Source of the DNA: Candidatus Latescibacterota bacterium | GTDB lineage: Bacteria; Latescibacterota; UBA2968; SICM01 | Length of the DNA stretch: 64,000 nucleotides | Reading direction: 5' to 3' | NCBI GenBank assembly: GCA_965217865.1 | Contig: CBDCJO010000002.1 | Coordinates: 3,136,001 to 3,200,000, forward strand | Shown: in pieces, positions 55,533-64,000 of the stretch | Position numbering within the stretch: the first letter of the stretch is position 1 | Layout: each line of letters opens with the position of its first letter | Notes under the pieces: model-generated | Seen by the model: the letters and a program-made list of their open reading frames with translations, nothing else | What the model was told of the DNA's origin: nothing | Database searches by the model: none | Program-made: the position numbers and the translations under genes

Positions 55533-55800
55533 ATCCGGAGAAGATATCTCTGCTCAACGGACGCAGCCCCCACGGTTGCGCTTGCAATCCCGGGGGGAGC
55601 GCTTCGAAACAGAGAATTTGCAGAGAGGGGGGAAGATGGCATAAGCGTTTGTGAATACGGCAGAAACGACAAGACCCCGAAGGGGTTGCCCCACGGGGTC
55701 TGGCGTTAACGGACGACCGCCTAAGTTGGCGGATGGGAATATGGCTCCCCATATGATCCTCTCCCCGGAACCATTCTCTGTTCGTCAGTCATAACTTCCG
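55533..55800. repeat. ~360-bp non-coding element, partial copy 2
   Basis: Homologous to 38397-38655 and 59038-59399. Confidence 0.85.
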
Positions 55801-55828
55801 CGCCGATGTCCTGGCCCTGGAGCGGGAG

Positions 55829-56055
55829 AGGGAGGGTTGCTTGATGAAATCATCGGTGGCGGCGCGGGGTTGTGAACGCGCAGCAGTTCAAGATATGCGC
55901 CTGGGCATGGAACCCCGAACTCCAGTGGGGGCTCGGCTGTCGCCCCCAATTTGCCGTCTGTCCGTGTGGGACTATGGCGTGAGACAGTGGCGACCGCCTC
56001 CGACCTTTCAAGTCCTTCTCCGGGAAACAGATCGCCAGGTTTTGAGGGCGCAGGG
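55829..56055. repeat. 223-bp unit, linear form bounded by AGGG direct repeats
   Basis: AGGG-AGGGTTGC...GAGGGCGC-AGGG; permuted copy at 5833-6111. Confidence 0.85.
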
Positions 56056-56246
56056 TGGCTCATGGCGATTGAGGGATGACAACTTGTGGAATTTGATTCC
56101 GTTGGGAGATTTCTGGCGTGGGTCAGTGGCGAGCTCGAGACAGCGTTGAGGGCACAGATCCGGCCCGTGTGCGACTTTCTTTCTGAATCCGGGAAAAAGG
56201 GGGACGCGACCTCCACAAAACGGGCGGCACGTGGGCGAAGTGAGAA

Positions 56247-56313
56247 GGTCCCGGTCCCGTGGATTTGCGGCCCGGGACCTCACTCGTGATCGGGGTCGAG
56301 CATCTCGAGAGCC
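56247..56313. repeat. 67-bp dispersed repeat (copy 2)
   Basis: Reverse complement of 309-375. Confidence 0.85.
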
Positions 56314-56375
56314 CGAGCTTCGGCTTCCTCGCGAGTCATTCCACCCTCATGCTCCATGATCCCCGCGCGTTCATC

Positions 56376-57149
56376 TATCTTTTGTCTGAGATCGCCCGAA
56401 AAAACGGGGGCAAGGTCGAAGCAAGATCCTGGTTGCCTGTAGGGTTGAGAAGGGATACATATTTTGGGATATCCCTGACCTCACAGGAGGAGTAAAGATG
56501 GAGCAACTGTCCTCAAACAGTGACCCGGTCAAGAAGCGCAGGAGCTTGTCCCCGGAACAGAAGTATGAGATTTTCCTTGAAGCCAGCCGGGGAGATGTTC
56601 CCATTGCACAGGTGCTGCGGAAATGGGGCATTCATTCCTCGGATCTAAAGCGTATTCGTGAGTCGGTCAAGTCCGGGGCCCTCAAGGAGTTCAAGGGTCG
56701 CCGGAGCCGCAAGCCGATGGTATCGGCTGAGGAGGTGGAGCAGCTGCGCAAAGAGCGGGCACGCCTGGAGCAAACGATCATTGAGCAATCTGTGGAACTT
56801 TCCCTGCTAAAAAAAAGTGTGAATGGGATCTGACAGGCCCGATCAAGGGCCACCGGGTGCAAGCTGAGGTCAAACGCGAGATCCTCTTAATGGTCCATCG
56901 GGCCAAGGAGAAAGGGGTGAAACTCACCCGTTCTTGCGAGATCCTACAGCTTCCCCTCCAGCGGTATTGTGCCTGGAGCCGGCGAGATCGAGAAGAGAAG
57001 CTGGATGGGGTGTCGGACCCGCTTTTGGATGGGAAGCCCGGGCCCGCCCCTGATGAGGCCCCACACGGATGAGACCTATGCCGATCTGCCTCCCCATCAG
57101 CTGGCGGTGGTAGCCTCAGAGAAGGGGGTAGTGCAGGCCTCGGCCTCCA
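56376..57149 (+). mobile_element. IS3-family element, partial copy 7 with internal deletion
   Basis: IRL, orfA 56498-56833, orfB start; deletion between GGAT repeats at ~57070. Confidence 0.9.
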
Positions 57150-57423
57150 TGTGGTGTAAAACGAGTTAACAGAGTTGCTGAAAACACAATACAACCCGAT
57201 GACATTGAGGAATTGGTTTCCCTATTTCGTATGTAAATGCAAGACCATAGTCGTGTAACCACTGGTTGCAGTTCCCCCCCTACCACCCACCGCAAAATTG
57301 CCGTGGGTTTTTCTTTTTCCCCTCCCAATTATTCCATATCTTTTAATCTTGCACGAGAACTCGCGTTCCGTTCAATCGAATGGAAACCTCTAAGCCAAGA
57401 ACTCGTTCTTCGTCAGCATAAGT

Positions 57424-58347
57424 ATGTCCATACCCATCCATATCCCAGAAACCCTATCCAGAAATAAAAAATGGGCTGAATGGATCGAGAAGTTGCCGGA
57501 AATTGTCCTGGCGTGTGCGAAACGCTGGGACCTTCGGATCGAAGATCCCCTGACAGAAGATTATGCTGAAATGTCCTACAGCTACATCGCACCGGCGATA
57601 CGATCAGACGGAAAAGAGGTAATTCTCAAGATTGGATCGCCCACGCAACTATTGGATAGCGGGATAGAGGAACGCCAGGCGCTGCAACTTTGCGATGGAA
57701 AAGGCACTGTCCAGTTGCTTGATTTTGACGAGGAATCGGGCACGCTCATGCTCGAACGTGCCCGCCCCGGTGTTCCCCTTGGGGTTTGCTCAGATGACGA
57801 AGAGAATACAAGGATCGCTGCCGGCCTGATGAGAAAGTTCTGGCAACCCTTACCACCAAAACACAACTTTCGACCAACCGCTTACGAAATAGAAGGCTTC
57901 GCCAGATTGCGAAAGCAATTCAATGGCACCACGGGGCCACTCCATGAAAAGTGGGTCGTGCGCGCAGAGACACTCTACAGTGAGTTGATGGCGACAAGCA
58001 CAGAAACTGTTGTTCTCCACGGCGACCTGCACCACTGGAACATCCTGAGCGCTGAACGTGAACCCTGGCTCGTCATCGATCCCAAAGGTTATTTTGGCGA
58101 TCCCGGTTACGAGGTCGGTGCATTCCTGGCCAACTACCCCGAAGCATCCTGCAAAGGAAGAGACAGAAGCGAACTCGATGTGCGCCGTGTGGAGATCCTA
58201 GCCGAAGAATTGGACATTCCCCGTGATCGCATCATCAAATGGGGTCTGGTTCTTGCAGTCATCTGGGCAAGGTGGAATGTGACTTCGCCCGAAGAAATCC
58301 CGAGCGGAGATATCAGACGCGCCGAAGTATTGGATAGCTTGCTTTAG
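57424..58347 (+). CDS. Aminoglycoside phosphotransferase family (APH(6)/streptomycin kinase-like)
   Basis: VILKI, MLERARPG, LHGDLHHWNIL, IDPKG..GDPGYE. Confidence 0.9.
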   Translation: MSIPIHIPETLSRNKKWAEWIEKLPEIVLACAKRWDLRIEDPLTEDYAEMSYSYIAPAIRSDGKEVILKIGSPTQLLDSGIEERQALQLCDGKGTVQLLDFDEESGTLMLERARPGVPLGVCSDDEENTRIAAGLMRKFWQPLPPKHNFRPTAYEIEGFARLRKQFNGTTGPLHEKWVVRAETLYSELMATSTETVVLHGDLHHWNILSAEREPWLVIDPKGYFGDPGYEVGAFLANYPEASCKGRDRSELDVRRVEILAEELDIPRDRIIKWGLVLAVIWARWNVTSPEEIPSGDIRRAEVLDSLL

Positions 58348-58413
58348 AATCGATCCGCAACATCTCGCCGAATACCCCTTCCAACCAATCGTGCACAACA
58401 GGAACAAAATCAG

Positions 58414-58880
58414 TTGGGTCAATCTCCAAGTCTAAAGAATGCGAAGAATGTCGCTTCAGCGATTGTGGCAGATATCCATGCGCTGCCTGTTCAAAACACA
58501 CCGAATATGCGGGCAATTCGCCGGAAGTATTCTCGGAAACTCAATCAGGAGGTGCCCGAGTTCATCCTCGATTTGGCAAGGGAACTGCTCAAGACCCACT
58601 GCCATCGATAGGTTGCTTACGAATTGGTTCAGAGTCATAAAGCTGCATTTCAAAGGGTAGCAAAGGCTGAACTTGAAGAACTGGGCCTTGGTATGAACAC
58701 CTGGAAGTCCGTAGATAGCTTCGGGCGCATCCTGGCAGGTCCGGCCTGGCTTAAGAAGCAAGTGTCCGACGAGTTGATTCAAAAATGGGCACACTCAGAA
58801 GACCGTTGGTGGCGACGGGCAGCATTGGTAAGCACAGTAGCGCTCAATATGCGGTTTTATGGAGGCTGCGGGGATGACCC
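58414..58880 (+). pseudogene. DNA alkylation repair (AlkD-like) protein
   Basis: NTPNMRAIRR.. internal TAG ..WKSVDSF..WAHSEDRWWRRAALVSTVALN; truncated. Confidence 0.75.
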
Positions 58881-59037
58881 CTCAGCCTCGTTGCCCGTCA
58901 CGCTCGTCGAACCGGACATGCGGTTTGCCCACATCCGGCGCTCGGACCAGGCCTCTATGTTGCACCCACGGAAGGTTGCGAGTCGCTTCCGGCAGCCGGG
59001 CAAGACCCAGCTTACCCTACTGGTGACCGGACCACCG

Positions 59038-59399
59038 GGTCCGGCTTCCAGTGAATACGTACCGGAAGACCTTCCCAAACGTCGAACCAGGCTGTTAAAT
59101 AAGGCCGACGGGAAAAACAGAGAATCAGAGAATCCGGAGGAGATATCTCTGCTCAGCGGACGCAACCTCACGGTTGTGCTCGAACATAGGGGGAAACGCT
59201 TCGAAACAGAGAATCGGCAGAAAGGGAAGGAGGTGACACAAGTGTTTGTGAATACGGCAGAAACGACAAGACCCCGAAGGGGTTGCCCCACGGGGTCTGG
59301 CGTTAACGGACGACCGCCGAAGTTGGCGGATGGGAATATGGCTCCCCATATGATCCTTTCCTTCGGAACCATTCTCTGTTCGTCAGACGTAACATGCCG
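59038..59399. repeat. ~360-bp non-coding element, longest copy
   Basis: Overlaps both other copies; repeated CAGAGAAT motifs and hairpins. Confidence 0.85.
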
Positions 59400-59796
59400 T
59401 ATTAAAAGGATCTATCGCAATCTCCTCGCGCCGCAGACGCGGAGCGCAGTCAAGAAGATTTCCGCCCTTCAGGTCAAAACAGCCGCTTCCCAGACATGGG
59501 GACCAGGATATCCGGGTCGTCGTTACCCACGCTGTTTACCCTCCTGCTGACGGTGCGCCTTTCGTAGGGGCCGGTATGGGGTTCACGCACCAGGTCGAGG
59601 AGCCGTGGCACCGGCGACGTCCGTGCCACCCCGGTCCGCCACTGCTCGTCATGGCACCGGCGTCGGTGCGCCTGCCTGAACGAGTCCGGAGCCGCATGCC
59701 CTGATGGAACGTCCTCAATGGTAGTCCAGACGCGGGTTGGCGTAAGGGAAGAGCCGCCCTTTCCCAACGACTTCGTGCTCTGTTCCCTCACTCCGG

Positions 59797-60195
59797 CTAA
59801 CCGCCATAGCATGCTGCAAATAGAAAAAAGTCTTCAAGATCGATGGTTCCATTCCCATCAAGATCCATCCGGGCATCAAAACCCGGATCCCCCGAGTCAA
59901 GTCCAAAAACCGCGCTGAACAAGCCAAAATCAGATAGATCGACCGCACCATCATTATTAAAATCGCAACGAGACACCGGCGTCGCCTGCGCACTGGAGGC
60001 CACGCCATTACCACCGGCGTTCACCGCACGCACCTGGAAGGCGTATAGGGTTCCCATTGGTCAGACCCGTTACCGTGTGACCCGTCGTGCCAGCCCCGCT
60101 GCCCGGAATATCCGTCCAGTCCAGTGCGTAGATGTGACGATACTGATACTTCGTGATGGTCGCATTGTCCGGGTTGCTCCAGCTCAGCGCCACCT
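59797..60195 (-). pseudogene. Fibronectin type III + EF-hand/dockerin-like C-terminal fragment
   Basis: LSWSNP..YQYR..VTGLTNG/YAFQVRAVN; CDFNNDGAVDLSDF..DLDGNGTIDLEDFFLF. Confidence 0.75.
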
Positions 60196-60552
60196 ATCAT
60201 CCGAAGTCAGCGTAATCCGTCGGAACTGCTCCGACTGCTGGCCGACGAGGCCCGCAACCCAGACGTCGGACCCGTTTGAGCGGACGGTCTCCACCCGCAT
60301 CCCGGATGGCGGTTTCAGCACTCAACGGGGGACTACCGTGTCGGAAAGTTACTGTTTCTCAGAAACTATATCGCATCGTTGCACCAACTAAGCGCGGCGA
60401 TGGTGAAACGGTGAATTTCGCGTTATTAGACTTCTCGCTTGCCCAAGATGCGATGAAATATATCAAGAATCCAGTTTGAGCGACACCTGAAGCAATTAGC
60501 AATTCCTTACCACCAGGTCGATAGAAAGCATTGGGATCTTTTTCGACCCTAA

Positions 60553-62078
60553 CAGCCCGTTGAAGAACTACCTTTCAACGCACATAAACGGAAAAGACGC
60601 CTGGAGTGCGGGTCAGATAAATCAAGGTAAGGAGATTGAGCAGGAGACGCTGATAAGAGGTTAAAAAGGTGACCGAGGGCAGCAAACGTGATTGTAGGAC
60701 GAGCAGTAGACGCTGCAAGGCCTTGGCCAGGTCCTGGAGGGCCTTCGGAGTACCTACGCCCATCACTTTGCGCATGAGCAGAGCCAGGTTGCAGCCCCCG
60801 ATGTGGATCAGCAAACGCTTGAGGATATTGCCGCGGTCTCTCAAGTGCAACCTGCGCATGCCACCGGTATCATATGTGTGAGCGATGGTTCTTTCCACCC
60901 GTTCTGCACGACTTCGGCGCAAGGCCTTGCCGCGATCTCCCTTGATCCGGCGTCGATTCGCATATACCGCGGCCTGCTCATCTCGTCGGCCGTTCCACTT
61001 GCGGCGTCCCCGATCCGGTTCTGAAATGTAACTCCGGATGCCGCCTTGCTTCAGACTGGTCAATACATCGTTGCTATGATATCCTTTGTCCGCAACCACC
61101 TCCCGTATACGCTGTCTGTGCAAACGTTTGGCAGCTTTTTCGTCCTTCGCGACCTGCTTGAGATTGAGCTGCGCCTCGAGCAGCGTCCAGGGCAACGACT
61201 CGGTATCTCCTTCATCTGCTCCCGACAACGCCACTGCCACAATGGCATTGGTGTCCAGATCCACCGCGTGCTCCACCTTGTGCGCCATGTGCGTGCGACC
61301 GTCCTTCATCTTAGCGATCTTGGCATCCGGGTCGTGCGGGTGCTCCCAGTCCTGGTTCGATCCCTTCTTCGGTCGCTTCTTATCGATCTTGGACAAGTCC
61401 TCGCGGGTAGGCGTTTCAATGCCCGAGGCCTTGGCCAGATTCTCAAGGAATGCCTGGTAGCCTTCACCCGTGTCACGGCGTACAATGCTGCGCATCGCGG
61501 CGTTGGCCTCCAGTGTCGTAGCATCCACGCCCAACGTCTTCCCCTTCACCAGACCCGCTTTGCACAAGACCCTCAGGATCCACTTGAAAACCGCTTCGTG
61601 AACTTCCAAGGGAAGCCGATGCCGGATGCGAGACAGGCTGGAATGATCCGGGGTCTGTTCGTCAAGGGCATACCCCAAAAACCGGCGCAACGTCAGCGAG
61701 TCAGATACACGCCATTCGATCCCACGTTCCGAATCAAGTCCCTCGAAATACCCAATCAAAAGCATCCGAAAATAAACCCCGGGCGGAATGCCCTTGCGAC
61801 CCATATGAGGAGCGTAATACCGCTGGCAAAGCCCTTCGACGAACTCGTCGAACCCGTTCGCCTCCAATACCTGATTCAGCTTCTCGTAGAACGGATGACC
61901 CGGAGATTTCACCAAAGTGTTCGATGCGATGAACAGGTTTTCCTGTCTCTGTCGTCCTCGTTTTCCCATTGCCATTTGCTCGTCCTCCCTTCTCAGTTTG
62001 AACCTGATATATCATAGGACCAAACCACAAGGAAAGACAACAGTCATCTTGGCATAAACGCACTTTTTCAACAGGCTG
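60553..62078 (-). mobile_element. IS1182/IS5-like element, complete
   Basis: TIRs CAGCCCGTTGAAGAA / TTTTTCAACAGGCTG; flanks CTAA / CTAG. Confidence 0.85.
60575..61975 (-). CDS. IS1182-family (DUF772 + DDE) transposase
   Basis: PGHPFY, TPDHSSLSR, VDATTLEANA, VADKGY, ERVER. Confidence 0.9.
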   Translation of the reverse strand: MAMGKRGRQRQENLFIASNTLVKSPGHPFYEKLNQVLEANGFDEFVEGLCQRYYAPHMGRKGIPPGVYFRMLLIGYFEGLDSERGIEWRVSDSLTLRRFLGYALDEQTPDHSSLSRIRHRLPLEVHEAVFKWILRVLCKAGLVKGKTLGVDATTLEANAAMRSIVRRDTGEGYQAFLENLAKASGIETPTREDLSKIDKKRPKKGSNQDWEHPHDPDAKIAKMKDGRTHMAHKVEHAVDLDTNAIVAVALSGADEGDTESLPWTLLEAQLNLKQVAKDEKAAKRLHRQRIREVVADKGYHSNDVLTSLKQGGIRSYISEPDRGRRKWNGRRDEQAAVYANRRRIKGDRGKALRRSRAERVERTIAHTYDTGGMRRLHLRDRGNILKRLLIHIGGCNLALLMRKVMGVGTPKALQDLAKALQRLLLVLQSRLLPSVTFLTSYQRLLLNLLTLIYLTRTPGVFSVYVR

Positions 62079-62560
62079 CTAGGCCCAAATATATATTCAA
62101 GACACTTTGAGAGGTTGTCGTTCTCAAAATCATCTATTGCTACTCCAAATACGGACTCCTCATTGAGCATCCTTGTGGCGCACAGGACTCCCTGCTGGAG
62201 CAGCGTTATCCATGAAGAGTGGCGATACTCGTTCTTATAGGGCAAAGACGCCTCTGAAGTATTGAATGGCGGGTCGATATACACACACTTGATCTGCTGT
62301 CGATACCGTTCCTGCCCGAGAGACAGCGCCTGGAAGTTCTCGCTGTGGAACAGCACCCCGTCCATCTGCTTGTTCACGTCGCCAATTGCTTCAAGTAGAC
62401 GTTCTATGAAACCCGAATCAAAGTACCGTGTGTCCACCACCAGCGTCGGATGCCCCTTCAGAAACTCGGGCTTGAGTTTCTCGCTGTAGCTAGACGTGGT
62501 CGGGTCTCCCTTGATCTCGTCAATCGCAAAAAGCTTCACCCACTCCTGGCGCTGTGCCTC
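62079..62560 (-). pseudogene. Type III Mod-like adenine methyltransferase fragment
   Basis: LVVDTRYF..HSENFQAL..CVYIDPPFNT..YRHSSW. Confidence 0.8.
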
Positions 62561-62579
62561 GGATGGAGGAGGATCGGCA

Positions 62580-63724
62580 TGCCCAACAGGAAGTACATCG
62601 TCCGTCTAAGTTGCGATGAGCGGAAGCGCTTGCAGGATCTGGTAAGCAAAGGCCGGACACAGGCCTACCGGATCCGACACGCACACATTCTGATGAAGGC
62701 CGACGCGGATGGCCCTTGCTGGGGCGACGAAGCCATCGCCCAAGCGTTTTCGTGCCACAGACGCACCGCGGAAGGCATTCGCAAGCGCTTTGTGGTCCAA
62801 GGGCTCGACGCAGCCCTTGAGCGGAAGAAGCGGGAACGACCGCCCATCGAACCGATTCTGGACGGCGAAAAGGAAGCTCGCTTGATCGCCCTGGCCTGCA
62901 GCCAGCCGCCGAAAGGTCGTAGCCGCTGGACGCTGGAGTTGCTCGCTGACAAGCTGGTTGAACTCAACATCGTCGAGAGCATCTCCTATCGGACCGTGCA
63001 ACGGGCGCTCAAAAAAACGAACTCAAGCCCCATCTGAAAACGTGCTGGGTGATTCCGCCCAGGGAAAACGCCGCATTCGTAGCTTGCATGGAGAATCTTC
63101 TGGATCTGTATCACCGGCCCTATGATCCGGAAAGGCCGCTTTTGGCCATGGACGAACACCCCGTGCAGTTGATCGGAGAGACACGCATCCCGGTCCCGGA
63201 AAAACCGGGGCATCCCCGACGTTACGACTATGAGTATGAGCGTAACGGCACAGCCGCGAACTTCTTGTTCCTCGAGCCCCTGACCGGACGTCGGAAGGTC
63301 CACGTCCGGGAACGCAGGACCGCCGTAGACTGGGCTTACGAGATCCAGGAGCTGCTTGAGGTGGACTACCCGGATGCGCAAGTCGTGGTGCTGGTCTGCG
63401 ACAACCTCAGCACTCACACCATCGCATCTCTTTACAAGGCCTTCCCACCCGAAAAGGCCCGTTCTCTAGCCAAACGCCTCGAATTGCACTACACGCCCAA
63501 GCACGGTAGGTGGCTCAATATCGCCGAGATCGAACTGAGCGTCCTTGCCAGACAATGCCTGCACAGCCGCATTCCTGACCTGCAGACCCTCACCAACGAA
63601 GTGGAGGCCTGGAAATGTGATCGAAACGAGAAACACAGAACCGTTGATTGGCAGTTCACGACCACCGACGCCCGCATCAAACTGAAGAAGCTATATCCCA
63701 AGTTTTAGGTGTCATGGTGTAGTA
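62580..63724 (+). mobile_element. IS630-family transposase in two frames, with right end
   Basis: MPNRKYIVRL HTH..ALKKT, A7 slip site, then DE..DNL..WLNIAEIE. Confidence 0.9.
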
Positions 63725-64000
63725 GTGGAGAATCCCATACTCCATTAGGACTGTATCGAAATGATCGGCAAGGGATTCTGTTTTCTACTCGAGTATATCC
63801 GATACGATGCCGGCTCGACGAGCAGTATTCGTTTTCCCGGCATAAGCCCTAAGTATTCTTCTTTCCCGGTTTCAGCGCCGCGTGGACCTTCGCCTGAACT
63901 GCGCTGAACTGCTTTTCGTTGAGTTCGTTCTTGAGCACCTCGAAGACGGTGCGCACGGCTTTGCGGGCCTGCTTGTTCAAATGGGCCAGGGCATCGTCCG

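Noticed and set aside
55829-56055. Hammerhead/retrozyme in the 223-bp unit
   Set aside because: TTGATGA is not the CTGANGA core, and I could not build the three stems
59038-59399. Group II intron, omegaRNA or true tRNA
   Set aside because: No GTGCG start or domain V, no IscB/TnpB gene nearby, no cloverleaf
58624-59550. 308-aa ORF as a real protein
   Set aside because: AlkD-like fragment reading through into a non-coding repeat

Overview
IS-saturated accessory region built mostly from short gene fragments of visibly different base composition, often joined at a few bases of microhomology. A likely host backbone is present: a GWxTD/TPR protein, an ABC permease ending in YDVR and an FN3/EF-hand tail, reminiscent of Latescibacterota-like genomes (inference). 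It is interleaved with remnants of defence systems (type I RM, MmeI-like, Dam, NotI-like, Mod, PHP-AAA, Schlafen, two cas1-cas2-mini-CRISPR stubs), plasmid and prophage pieces, and an orphan integron cassette. One 1565-bp IS3-family element occurs as five full and three partial copies. IS256, IS1380, IS1182, IS630, IS110, IS1 and several MITEs are also present. The most notable signals are: a locus split with a 25-bp duplication and its halves in permuted order; a 223-bp non-coding unit present both linear and circularly permuted; an IS110 element with a long non-coding right end sitting in an attC site; and two unrelated CRISPR loci cut at the same stage. All calls were made by eye, without database searches, and fragment boundaries are approximate unless a TSD or TIR is quoted.
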